Positions 36,860 to 49,392 of a DNA stretch of 64,000 bases are shown in pieces. This DNA comes from Eledone cirrhosa. Its lineage: Eukaryota. The translations under genes were made by a program, and so were the position numbers. Every line of letters begins with the position of its first letter. Positions within the stretch are counted from its first letter, which is position 1. The notes beneath the pieces are model-generated. The model had not been told where the DNA came from, did not search any database, and worked only from the letters and a program-made list of their open reading frames with translations. The stretch lies in assembly GCA_964016885.1 (NCBI GenBank), contig OZ024742.1:289788001-289852000 (forward strand), written 5' to 3'.

Positions 36860-39800
36860 TTCCGATGGGATGGAGCAGAGAGGTTAAGAGTTTAAATAAG
36901 CACTCGAAGTTTTGCGTAAAACTTAGCAAGTTTAACAAAATATATTTAAAAGAATATATATTTTCGTTTATTGTTAAATTATGCCCAAAATACGGGGATC
37001 TTATCTTAAACCTTACCTTCTCGCTAACTACCCAACATCCCTCCCTCCCGTCCCCACGCACCACCATTATTACGTGGACCAATCATAAGTCAGAGGCCCA
37101 TACTATCGCTTAACTGGTTGCTTTTCGATATGATGGATGGACTACGGAATTCTGGAGAGTTGAAGAGAGAAAAATCTGGACGCTCAGCGACAATGCCAAA
37201 GATAAAGACAAATTCACCTCGTGGACGAGAATGCAAGCACTCCTCCTTGTTTCGGCCGAGGATGGCTAACATAACCCTATCCCCCCCTGCCCCCCCACCG
37301 CTCCCACCCTCCAAACGCAATCCAAAACTTCAGAGTTGGTACCATGAATGTAGGCACCTTAAAGGGTCGCTCTAACGAGGTTGTAGAAATGCTTGAACGT
37401 AAGGAGGTCGATGTTTGTTGTATTCAAGAGACCAGGTCGAGAGGGTCTGCTAGATTCATCGTGGGTAAAGAACGATGCTATAAGCTTTTCTGGGTGGGAA
37501 ATGACAATGGGCTGGGTGGAGTAGGATTCATGGTAGCAGAAAAGTGGGCAGATAAGATAATAGACGTAAATAGAGTGAACGACAGAATAATTAAAATAAG
37601 ACTTGTCCTCAATAGAACTACGGTGACAGTAATATCTGCGTACGCACCCCAATCCGGACTGCCCGGCGTTATAAAAGACAGATTCTATGAGACACTGATG
37701 CTCGCTACCTCCCAAATAACCGATAGTGACTATATAATTATTGCAGGCGACCTAAATGGTCACATTGGACAACATTGTGACGGCTATGACGGAATCCATG
37801 GAGGCTATGGGTTCGGTACGAGAAATGAGGAAGGCTCCAGAATCTTGGAATTCTGTGACACAAATAACCTAACTATCTGTAACACTAACTTCAAAAAACG
37901 AGACAATCACTTGATCACCTATAGATCGGGGGAACACACAAGCCAGGTAGATTATATCCTTACCAGAAGACGTGACAGAGTGTCTGTTGTTAACACTAAA
38001 TTCCTCCCCCATGAAGAATGCACCTCCCAACATAGACTGATAATTAGCGACCTCATAGTCAGGACGAGACGTACTAGACAGCAGTAGAGGACTATCCTCA
38101 GGAGAAAAATATGGAAGCTAAAGGACCCCATAGCCAGAAATAAATTTCAAAGCATATTACTTGATGCTTTCGACAGTAAGGAAGAGCAATTAGAGTCGTA
38201 TAATATAGAGGAACAGTGGGAATTCCTGAAAGCAAACCTGCTGACGGCGGCAGACGAAGTCTGTGGCTGGAGCAGGCCTGTAGGTAGGAGGAGAGTAACA
38301 TGGTGGTGGAACAGTAAGGTGGAGGAGTCAATTAAGGCCAAAAAGCAGGCTTGGAAAGTATGGCGGGATGGGGGAAGTAGAGAAGACTATCAAGTGGCCA
38401 GGAGGGAAGCTAGGAGACAAGTGTACTTCGCAAGAAGGGAAGCAGACGAAAGAAAGTTCAAGCATGTTCTACAACGTGAGGACCAAAAACGTGAGGTGTT
38501 CAGGATTGCTAGGCAATGTGTCAAGGAAAACCGTGATATTGTCGGGGAGAAGTGTGTACTTAATGATGATGGCGTACTTGCCATCACTGACGCTGATAAG
38601 AAGGTAGCTTGGAAGTGTCACTACGAAAGGCTTCTAAATGAGGAGAACAAATGGGAGAAAGACAGTCTCCCCCACATCGACCCAATAGAGGGACCAGCAG
38701 TGTTAGTCGAAGGTAGTATAATAAGTAAGGCAATCAAAGATATGAAGACGGGTAAGGCGGCTGAGCCTTCAGAAATAGTTGCTGAGATGCTGAAAGCCTC
38801 TGGAACGGTGGGACACACCATGGTCACCCGGATAGTAAACCAAGTCATACAGAAAGGGGTTGTTCCGAAGGACTGGCATAGCAGCATCATCATTAACTGT
38901 TACAAGGGTAAAGGAGATGCCCTAGATAGGTGTAACTATAGAGGCATTAAATTAATCGACCAGGTCATGAAGGTCACGGAAAAAGTAATAGCGCAACTAA
39001 TAAGAGAGAGAATTGATCTAGATGAAATGCAGTTCGGGTTTGTGTCAGGCAAAAGTACCACAGACGCTCTTTTCATTGTACGACAACTACAGGAGAAGTA
39101 CCTAGCTAAAAGTAAACCCCTATACTTAGCTTTTGTCGACTTGGAGAAAGCCTTCGACAGAGTCCCCCGTTCCATTATCTGGTGGGCTCTTAGAAAACTA
39201 GGTGTTGACGAATGGCTTGTGAGAGCTATACAAGCCATGTATAAAGAAACAGTCAGCAAGGTTAGAATTAACAACGAATATAGTGAAGAGTTTAGCGTAA
39301 AAGTTGGTGTCCATCAGGGTTCTTAGCCCCCTACTATTTATTATTGCCCTTCAGGCTATAACAGAGGAGTTCAAGACTGGCTGCCCATGGGAACTCCTAT
39401 ACGCAGATGATCTAACGCTCATAGCTGAATCAATGACCGAGCTAGAGAAGAAATTCCAAACATGGAAGCACGGCCTAGAATCAAAAGGCCTTAAAATTAA
39501 CCTGGCTAAGACTAAAGTTCTAGTTTGTAGGAAAGAAAATAAGGCGGCGGTCCCTTCCGGGAAATGGTCATGCTCAGTGTGTAGGAAAGGCGTAGGTAGA
39601 AACTCCATTTTATGTCCCAAATGCAAAGTATGGGTGCATAAAAGATGTAGTGGGATCACAGGTAAGCTAACTAAGAACATAGATTTTACATGTGGCCGGT
39701 GCTCTGGTGCAATAAGTAGCAGCAAGTGCCCACAAAATACTTGCTCTTTCAATTGCGCAGAGGGTTCTATAGAAATAGTGGACAGCTTCCGTTACCTGGG

Positions 39801-40860
39801 TGACAAAATCAGCAGTGGGGGAGGGTGCTCTGAAAGTACAGTAGCTAGAGTCAGAACTGGATGGAAAAAGTTCAGAGAGCTTATACCACTATTAGCCGCT
39901 AAAGGGTTCTCCCTAAAAATGAAAGGCAGGTTATATGATGCCTGCATACGAACAGCAATGCTGCATGGCAGTGATACCTGGGCATTGTGTGCAGAGGATA
40001 TACGCAGACTAGAGAGGAACAAAGCTTGCATGCTCCGCTGGATGTGTAATAGTAATATACGTGAACGGCTAAGCATAAACGAACTAAGGAAAAAATTAGA
40101 AATAAGAGGGATCAGATGTTGTTTACTCGAGAGAAGGCTACGTTGGTATGGTCACATGATGCGCATGAAAGACGACAGCTGTATAACAAAGTGCAGGGCA
40201 ATAAAGATAGACGGTAGCCACGGAGTAGGCAGACCCAGAAAAACCTGGGACGACCTGATAAATTCCGACCTCACACGCTTACACCTCTCCAAGACAATGC
40301 CACTGGACCGAGACCTTTGGCGGTACTCAGTAATAGAGAAGACCCGCCTTACCTAAATACTAAGTAAAACCTACTACAGTCAGTAGGCATCTCTAACAAA
40401 ACACACACCCGTCCCACCACCCCCACCCCATCCACACCGCCCCTTTCAATGTAAAGTTATGTTGGTGCCACAACATCCAGGCCGAAACAAATGAGATCGT
40501 GTAGGTGTCACGACAAAAAAACACACAGTCCACGCTGTAATGTGGCCGTGTAGGCAACATGGTAAAAACCTCCTAGCCCCACACTGTAAATGTGGTTGGT
40601 GTTAGGAAGGGCATCCAGCTGTAGAAAACCCGCCAGACAGTCCACGCTGTAATGTGGCCGTGTAGGCAACACGGTAAAAACCTCCCAGCCCCACACTGTA
40701 AATGTGGTTGGTGTTAGGTAGGGCATCCAGCTGTAGAAAACCCGCCAGACAGTCCTATGCGAGCAAGACAATCACTCTTGCCTCAAGTGGGAAAACCCCC
40801 GTCCAAACCCATGCAAGCGTGGAACACGGATGTTAAACGTTGATGATGATGATGATGATG
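36860..40860 (+). mobile_element. Near full-length RTE LINE (family B), disrupted, with PHD finger in RT
   Basis: APE at 37344-38087 ending in an in-frame TAG; RT to 40356 with a frameshift near 39320; YADD; C4HC3 at 39571-39702; about 500-nt 3' UTR and (GAT)n tail; 5' boundary approximate. Confidence 0.92.
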
Positions 40861-41344
40861 ACCACACACATTTTTCATCGTTGTCGTCGTCATGGAGAAA
40901 TGTTCCACGGAATGCACGTTCTCTTGGTGAAAGCTACCAGAAACTATATTTTTCTTTTTCTTTAATGGCGTTGCTTGCAAAAGAGGCAACACCACATTTA
41001 GAGAAGGGAGGGAGAGAGACAATCTTCTCTCTGATGTAGTGACGATTGAGGAAGAAGAAGACGGAATGAGTGGGAGTGACTTGTGAAAATTCATCTTTGT
41101 AGCCATGTTTTTTTTACGGTTTAAAATGAATATTGGGCACAAAACCCCAATAAGCGGTTATTTAACCCCGAAGGGCCAAATAACGGGCAGAAGACCCCTC
41201 TCACAAGGAGGAGGGTGTTTTTATCTACAATTTGGTTCAAGTTTTAAACAATTTACAATTGTTATAGCGGTTAAAAATTACTATACCTTACAGAGCCGAG
41301 CCTCCATCAACCATGGCATTCAATAATAATAATAATAATAATAA

Positions 41345-42890
41345 AGTTCAGACATTAATCTTGATCGGGGTATGTGATAAGAGAACTTGATCAAGAGGAA
41401 ACTTACAAATATCTAGGTGTTTGTGAAGGATACGGAATCAAGCACTCGACAATGAGGGAAAGGATAAGGAAGGAATGTTACCGCAGAGTAAGAGCAATCT
41501 TAAGAATGGAATTGAATGCAAGGAATAGGTTCGATGCCATAAACACGCTTGCCATACCAGTAGTAACCTACAGTTACAATGTCATCAACTGGTCAAGCAC
41601 TGAGATCTGTAGACTCGATAGAAAAATTAGAAAATTCTTAACCACGCACAGATTGCATCACCCCAAGGCAGACACAGATAGAATATATCTCCCTAGGAAA
41701 GAAGGAGGACACGGATTAATCCAGTTAGATATTGCTTTGAAAACTGCAACAATTGGATTATCTACATATCTAAGGGAGACACATGATTGGATGATCAAAC
41801 TTGTTTTGAAACACGAAAGCATCAAAAGATCAAACTCCATTACAAAAGATGCACAAAGATACAGTAATGGACTACAAATTTCAGAAGTTCCCTTTACTGC
41901 TGAAATGGAAAACACAGAAAAAGCAAAGCAGGTAAAAGTAACTGCAAAGAAAGAACTGCTACAGAAACTGGCTAAGAAATGGCAAGAAAAGCCTCTGTAT
42001 GGAAAATACCCAGAAAGAGCTAACAATCCTGATGTTGACAAAACTTTAACCCATCAGTGGTTGGCATCCTCTGGACTGAAATCGGAGACTGAAGGACTGA
42101 TTATATCAGCACAAGATCAGTGTTTGCCAACAAAAAATTACCAAGCCAACATAATAAAAAATGGATGCAACCCATTATGCCGTGTATGTAAAAAACAACC
42201 AGAGACGATTGATCATATAATTTTAATGTGCAGTCCTATAGCTCAAACCGAATACCTAAACAGGCATGACAGAGCTGCACAATACATACATTGGATAATG
42301 TGTAAGCATTTTGACCTGCCCCATCAAAAGAATTGGTGGGAGCATCAACCACCTCCCATACTTGAAAAAGATCACATCTCAATCTTGTGGAACTTTAGCA
42401 TCCAAACAGACCGAAAAATAGATGCAAATAGACCTGATATAATACTGAAGGACTTTAAAAAGAGGGTATGCCTGCTAATTGATATGTCCGTTCCAATAGA
42501 CAAGAATGTATCTATAAAAACATTTGAAAAATTGAGCAAGTATAAGGACCTGGAGATAGAAATTGAAAAAATGTGGAAATTGAGAACTAAAACAATACCA
42601 GGGGTTGTAGGCGCACTAGGAATGATACCTAAGGGGTCTAATGATTACTTATCGCAAATCCCAGGAATTCCGCGTATAGGAGAAATACAAAAGATAGTAC
42701 TAATGGGAACTGCCCATATACTAAGGAAGGTTCTGTCAATATAAGTACATCACAAGTCTAAACACCTAAAGATGCATGTGTGTGTATGTATGTTCTTTCT
42801 TGAACATGGCGGGCCTTGTTGTCTCTTGAGGTCACTGGTTGTGACCTGGTGATAACTCGTATGAACATAAAGCAAGATAAATGCAACTGT
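41345..42890 (+). mobile_element. 5'-truncated R4/Dong-like element (RT thumb plus REL endonuclease)
   Basis: ORF 41374-42744 has YKYLG, CRVC..ETIDH...C, RHD and RPDII...IDMSVP...K..KY; flanked on both sides by (TAA)n. Confidence 0.92.
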
Positions 42891-42904
42891 AATGATAATA
42901 ATAA

Positions 42905-43015
42905 TAATAATTGTTTCTACTTTTGGCACAAGGCCAGCAATTCCCCAGTGCATGACTGGTACTTTATTTTCTCGACCCCGTAAGGATAAAAGGCAAAGTT
43001 AACCTTGGCGGAATG
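42905..43015 (-). mobile_element. SINE fragment
   Basis: Same family as 48276-48468. Further copies occur at about 43497-43650 (+), 47095-47205 (-) and 53638-53768 (+). Confidence 0.8.
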
Positions 43016-44045
43016 CAATCGTGCTATGCCTGTGCGTGAAGAATATTTTTAAAGTGAGGAAAGACTGTACACTGAGCCAATCCCCCTCTCTGAGCGACAG
43101 TAGCTATAACCCGAAAAGAAGAAAAGATCAACATCATCGGTAACTACTGAGCCGCAGGTTTTATGTCAGAGTTAACCCAGTTACCCGAGATGCCTTCTCC
43201 TAGAAGAATGCCCTGACAATGGTTAGGGGTCCTTCACTCCCAGTGGTTTAACTGTGCGATCGGGTATCCAGCCTGATTATTTCTATGTCACCGCGCATAA
43301 AATAAAACCAAAAAAAACTCACTTATTGACACTCATACGTACGACTCGCTCACACACACCACTCACTTACACACACACACATATATATATATATTACCGT
43401 CATTACTGATACAAGATCATGTCAATTGTTGACTTTCGAAAGAGTTTGTATAATTGAAGCTGTGTGCTACTGTTCAGTATTATTATAATTGCTTTACAGC
43501 ATAGAGCTATGGCCCTCTACGTTTCGAGTTCAAATCCCGCTGAGGTCAACTTTGCTTTTCATCCCCACAGAGTTGACAAAACATAGCACCAGCAATGCGC
43601 TGGGACAATCACTGGCCCTGTGCCAAAAGCAGAAAAATTATTATTATTATAGTTGTTTTTTTAAGGCCCGATCGCTGGTGATGGTGGTGGTTGATGGTGG
43701 TGGTTGATGGTGGTGGTGATGTTGATGGCAGTTGATGTTGTTTATTTGTTTTTTTTTATTGTTTTTTTTTTATTTTATCGTTTGATGCCACAGTTATAAA
43801 TGTTGTAAAAGTCATTACTCTATTTAGACTAAAGTCACTGACCTGTTGCCAAACTCTCTACTCTATGTTGAATGTGTGTGTGTATATATATATGTATGTA
43901 TGTGTATATATATATTTCACTCAGTCAAAACGACCAAATTTCAACCCCTACATCTATATATATATATATATAAGTAGTAACACAACAGTTAGTTCACCAT
44001 ACCAAGAACAATTGTTTCACCTTAGCGGATCTTCAGCTTGGACTC

Positions 44046-44083
<38 letters not shown>

Positions 44084-44399
44084 CACACACACACCATCAT
44101 CTCCGTTTAATATCTATTTTCCATGCTTGCATGGGTTTGATGAGCTGTTATGTCAATAAGGCCAGACAAGCACTGCCTAGCCACAATCTGCTAACCTCAT
44201 TAGGTGTGGTGAGATTTGGGATAAATACTAACAAGCAGATCAACAACTGTGTACCACACAACAGTAAAAATAAAACTCATGCTCAAAAGCTGGAACATCA
44301 GACAATGGCACCTGGCTTCACTGCCAACCTAGAACAAGTGAGTGGCCCTTGCTAGATGGTAGTCATAAACATGGAACTGATCAAGATGTACAAATGGAT

Positions 44400-45630
44400 C
44401 AAGCAGGCACTGTGTCCAATGTAGAGGAAAACTGCTCCTCAAAAGTCTCCATAGGAATAAGGTGCAGCAGATGGAATGCTGGATAGAGCATTACTCTGAG
44501 CTCTATGTCCAGAAACACATGATTACCAAAGATGCTTTGAATGCTATTGAGTGCCCACTTGTGTTAGATGAGCTCAACGGAAAACCAACTTTTAAGAGCT
44601 CTGACCTTCCTTGCTCCTGGTAAAGCAACAGAAAAAGACAGTATCCCTGCTGAAGTTTTGAAATGCTGTAAGGGTGCCATTATCACGGAGCTGCAAGGGA
44701 TCTTGTGTCTCTGCTGAAGAAAAGCTAAAGACAAGGTTTTGCAAGACATGATGGATGCCGATATCATCACTCTTTACAAAACCAAATACAACAGGATTGT
44801 AACAACTATTGGAGCATCTCCCTTCTTAACATCATCAGGAAACTCTTCCCACAAGTTACACCAAAGAGGTCCTTGCAGGAAGGATTTTATGCCAACAGGT
44901 ATAGCAAGTGTTGGATTACTCAGCTAATTTTTTTTTTTTCAAATGATATGGTGTTATTTAATTCATTGGAAAGTAATCCCCAGCATGCACTGGATAGGTT
45001 TGATGCCAAGTATTGCATGGCAGGAATGAAAATCAGTGCTGTGAAAATTGAGACATTCGTCTTCTTGAGAAACTCTGAACAGTGCACTCTGCATGTGTGT
45101 ATATTTACACTGAAGCAGATGGAGAATTTCATGTATTTCAGGACTATTGATGGAAGGTAGGGGGTGGAATTAAATGTAAAAATTGCAGGGGCTGGCGTAA
45201 TAATACACCAGCTTCAGTACTTGATAATCAGAAGAAGGGAAGTAGGTGAAAAAACCAAATTCGCTATCTTCAATTCAGTATTCATGCCAACCCTTACCTA
45301 TGGTCATGAATCTTGAGTAATGACAAGAACACAATCGTGAATACAAGTGGCCAAAACAGGATTCCTCCGAAAGGTCTTTAGAGTGCATAGTTCAGAGATC
45401 ACAGAGTTACTCCAGGAAGAGCTGCTACTTCTCTGCATCAAGAGATCACAGCCTGGTATTATAGACATGTGACTAGAAAATCTAAGGAAAAAACACTACC
45501 AGCCAGCAGGAGACCTAGCGGCAGACCACGAGCAAGATGGTTGGATAACATCCAAGAGCTCAGTTGGTCTCACTTGGTTATCTAGCTGGATCATTTGTAG
45601 ACGGTTGCTTCTGATAGGATCCTTGGAAAG
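44400..45630 (+). mobile_element. Old degenerate RTE LINE fragments
   Basis: Scattered RTE-like motifs (IITLYK, GMKIS..K.E, PTLTYGHES, GRPR.RW.D) in broken frames. Confidence 0.6.
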
Positions 45631-45707
45631 GCATGTCTGAGGACTCTGCCCCCACAACCCTGACAGGAATAAGCAAGCAAAGAATAAGAAAAAGAAACTA
45701 CACATAC

Positions 45708-45881
45708 CATATTCTTCAGGTTTGCATTTGTGTGAGCATTGAGCATAGTATTAAGAATCTCTAAGTGGTCATATTGTACAGCAAGGTGTAATGAGGTGTT
45801 TCCATCGCCATCCCTCGCCTCTCCATCCACTTTATAACTAAGAAGGACTTCAACAACATCTAAATGACCACATTGGACAGC
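45708..45881 (-). CDS. Ankyrin-repeat protein, coding exon 3 (174 nt)
   Basis: ctccag|G acceptor and ATG|gtatgt donor; encodes AVQCGHLDVVEVLLSYKVDGEARDGDGNTSLHLAVQYDHLEILNTMLNAHTNANLKNM. Confidence 0.9.
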
Positions 45882-46413
45882 CTGGAGAACAAATAGAGAA
45901 ACATTTCAATTAATCAAGATACAAAGAGATTATTCACAGATCTCCAAGAGTTAATACAATAATTAAAACAACTACAAATTGTTAGATTGGACCAAAAAAC
46001 TATGTTTCCATTGTTTTTTTTCCATTGCTGCTAGTATCTGTCTGTCACAACTCCTGGCAGAAGAAAGGTTCTGATCATCAGATTCGACCAAGGAAACGGT
46101 TTCCTTGGTCCAATCTGATGATCAGCTCTTTTGAAGCAATTATGACATTAAGACATTATTCACACATCTCCTAGAATTAATACAATAATTAGAACTGAAT
46201 CTTTACATAAATGAGTTTGAGATTAGGAAATAAGTTGTCTTCATTCATAGAAGAAAAGTAAGACTTCTGTAAAGAAGTCAGTTTCAGCTCCCAGTTGGAG
46301 CAATTTCACTTTTTTCTTACAGGTCATTTGTCCAAATAATACATGACTATAACAATTCCAGCACCCACAACTGAGAGAAAGTAAATCATAAACAGTTAAT
46401 TACATATTAACAG

Positions 46414-46870
46414 TCATCATCATCATCGTTTTTATTTCTGTTTGTCCATGCTTACATGGGTTGGACGGGTCCTTCTCAGCAAGGCATCCCTCCACATTTA
46501 TGTCTTGTGCTCACCCTGTAAAATGGTCATGTAGGTGTCATGACAAAAAGCACCCAGTCCACACTGTAAAGTGGTCATGTAGGAGTCATGACAAAAAGCA
46601 CCCAGTCCACATTGTAAAGTGGTCATGTAGGAGTCATGACAAAAAGCACCCAGTCCACACTGTAAAGTGGTCATGTAGGTGTCATGACAAAAAGCACCCA
46701 GTCCACACTGTAAATGTGGTTGGAATTAGGAAGGGCATCCAGCCGTAGAAACCAAGCCAAAATCAGTTGTATGAGCAAGACATCTGACCTGGCTTGTCTT
46801 ACAACAGGACAGCTCGTCTAACCCATGCTAGCATGGAAAATGGATGTTAAACGGTGATGATGATGATGAC
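46414..46870 (+). mobile_element. Non-autonomous RTE-derived element with 42-bp tandem units, preceded by an inverted RTE 3' end
   Basis: GTGGTCATGTAGG(T/A)GTCATGACAAAAAGCACCCAGTCCACACTGTAAA occurs four times at about 46515-46715; (GAT)n tail; 46414-46470 is a minus-strand 3' end. Confidence 0.8.
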
Positions 46871-47221
46871 TAGCAGTTTCACAAACAGAGACATTCATAA
46901 TATCTCCTTGACTTGAAGTACCGGAGTCGATATGATCAACTAAATCCCTTTGAGGTGAGGCCGCAGTATGGTTATAGTCTAATATGTGAAACCAATAAAA
47001 GAAGAAATGGACTCAATTAACAGCCACAATTAATTACACCACTGATAGCCATAATTAACCAACAACAAAAACAATATATAAAACTCAATAAAATGTGGTT
47101 CCAAATTTGGGCACAAGGTCAACAATTCAGTGGGGAGAAAAGGAAAGTTAACTAAATTGATCCCGGTACTTTATTTTATCAACCTTGGAAGGATGAAAGG
47201 CAAATGAAAAGACAGAATTAC

Positions 47222-47336
47222 CTTCATGAATGGTGTTTTGCCTTCTTTGTCACTGATACTGGTTCGAGCATTCCACGCTAGAAGTTCTTGGACAATATCT
47301 GCATGGCCTTGGCAACATGCCAGATGCAATGGTGTT
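47222..47336 (-). CDS. Ankyrin-repeat protein, coding exon 2 (115 nt)
   Basis: tgtag|A acceptor and AAG|gtaatt donor; encodes (R)TPLHLACCQGHADIVQELLAWNARTSISDKEGKTPFMK, a canonical ankyrin repeat, in frame with exons 1 and 3. Confidence 0.9.
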
Positions 47337-47352
47337 CTACAATAACAACAAC

Positions 47353-47395
<43 letters not shown>

Positions 47396-48275
47396 ATAGC
47401 AGCAGTAGAATGATTTTTTTTTTATTTGCCAAAAGGGCTTCAAGTGAAGGGGACATTACAAAAACAAGTTACAACATGAATATGAAAGTTTATATGATAA
47501 TCAGGGCGGAAAATTAAATTTTATAGAATTTTATCAACATAATCATAATATACACCGTTGAAAAACTATCTGAAAAATTTCATTAAATATTGAGAAAGTT
47601 ATGGGGAAACAAAGTCCGTTGCTGCACATTAAATTAAATTAGAGTTATTGTCCTACACTAAGCCAGTCATGGGCAAATTGCAGCCCATTTGGGTTTCTGA
47701 ATTACCTTAATTATTTTAGCAAAGCGGCCTGCCTTATGATGAGCCATATATCATGAGACCCACTGCCCATACCTGCACCAAACTGTAGTAATGTTAGGAG
47801 ACACTAAAGTGGAGTTCTATTGGGAGTCATTAAACTACAATTAACGTCAGAAAACATAGGAACGAAAAAGAAATTTTCTGAAAGAAAAACAAAAACAGAA
47901 AAATTATGGGAGAGAGAGTCAGGTTTTGAAACTTGGCCTCATTCTGATTTATTCTTTATGAACAAAAAAAAGTTTGTAACAATTTTACGATACGAAAAAA
48001 AGTTACATTTTTTTTAATTATTAAAATTATATGAAGTGTTCATAGTTTGAAGGCCACAACTTAGGGAAACTGCAGCCCGTTTGAGAGACCAGTGGCTCTG
48101 CCTCACTACTAACTTGGTCTTTGACAACCTTTCCATCTCTTTGAAGCAAGGAAAACCTTGGTAAGGCACTGAAACAACCAGGTACCCTCACGGGCATCAT
48201 CTGACACCTAGGTGAGGCCAGCCGCCAACGATGACAAGATCTTCGCTGTCAGCGCCCCAGCTCTACCATTTGTAA

Positions 48276-48468
48276 TAATTGTTTCTACTTTTGGCACAAG
48301 GCCGGCAATTACCCAGTAATGTACTGGTACTTTATTTTATCGACCCCGTAAGGATGAAAGGCAAAGTTGACCTCGGCGGGATTTGAACTCAGAACGGAAA
48401 GGGCCGTAACTCTATGCGTCAAAGCCTGACGTCCGACCCTCTAACGATACTGCCAATCCACCGCCCTT
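48276..48468 (-). mobile_element. Full-length tRNA-derived SINE
   Basis: Head GGCGGTGGATTGGCAGTATCGTTAG, B-box GTTCAAATCC, (ATT) tail and 12-bp TSD TACCATTTGTAA (48264-48275 and 48469-48480). Confidence 0.88.
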
Positions 48469-48959
48469 TACCATTTGTAAAATAAGATAACACTTATAGC
48501 GCCATAAATCTACCAAAACGAATCCACCGCCTCTACTATTTGTAATAATAAGATAACACTTATAGAGCCATAAATCTACCAAAACGAATCTCCAGAGACG
48601 TACTAACCGTTCGTTCATTTACATAAATATATCATTCACTAATAAATAAATATTTCCTTTCACTGTTGTTCTTTTTTCCAATATTAAAAATATACTGTTT
48701 ATCTAAATTTTAAATTATGGAATAATTTCAGTGGAAAATTATTCAAATGCACGAATTTTTTACATAATTTACTTTACGGATGAATAACATTTAGAGGCGG
48801 TTTTGATATGTAAAGGTAGTTAAATGGATTCTGGTACAGAATAAGAAGTTTGAGATAGTTTGCCCTTTCATTGTCATGATTCTAAATAAATACACTGTCA
48901 AAATGTTGAAAAATTTAATTTAATAAAATAACTTTTTCATCATCAAAAAAAGTAAAGTT

Positions 48960-48990
<31 letters not shown>

Positions 48991-49132
48991 TATATATATA
49001 TTGTGGTAAGAAACTCTCAGGAGAGCTGAACAGAAGGTCTTCAGAGAAGAAATCTCCCACCCCTACCTCTCGAGCGAGTGTTTCGGCTCTTAAATTATAA
49101 AGGTTTATTAAAAATAAAAGTAGTTACGAAAC

Positions 49133-49392
49133 CTGTGGCATTTATCCAAGGGACTGGGATCTCTTCTGGCGAGAGTTTTAACCTTTTCCAACTGTCCATA
49201 CCAAGCAGCTTTGTGTAATTTCCCAAACTCTTTATCGCGGACAATATACGTTCCATTACTGAGTGCATTACATGAGGCATTGCTAACTTCATTCTCTAAA
49301 CATATACTGTCAGACCGCTTTCTACTTTTATCGAAGGGAAGCCGTCCCCCAGAGGGGGAGAACTTCCCTAAAGTTTTAACAAACTTGAGCAT
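49133..49392 (-). CDS. Ankyrin-repeat protein (ANKRD26/ANKRD7/POTE-like), coding exon 1
   Basis: ATG at 49392; translation ends YIVRDKEFGKLHKAAWYGQLEKVKTLARRDPSPLDKCH(R), resembling the N-terminal ankyrin unit of the ANKRD26 family; donor AG|gtttcg after 49133 (260 nt, phase 2, compatible with the next exon). Confidence 0.85.

Noticed and set aside
36837-37082. N-terminal extension of the 429-aa ORF
   Set aside because: It runs past the likely Tx1 5' end into the neighbouring RTE 5' region; the ATG at 36836 is the more plausible start.
40783-41142. 119-aa minus-strand ORF as a further ankyrin-gene exon
   Set aside because: It has no ankyrin motif or convincing splice sites, and its end runs into an RTE tail.
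46510-46720. CRISPR-like array of 42-bp repeats
   Set aside because: The units are contiguous with no unique spacers, lie inside an RTE-derived retroposon, and there are no cas genes in this eukaryotic context.
48380-48468. tRNA gene
   Set aside because: A- and B-box-like motifs belong to the SINE head; no cloverleaf can be drawn.
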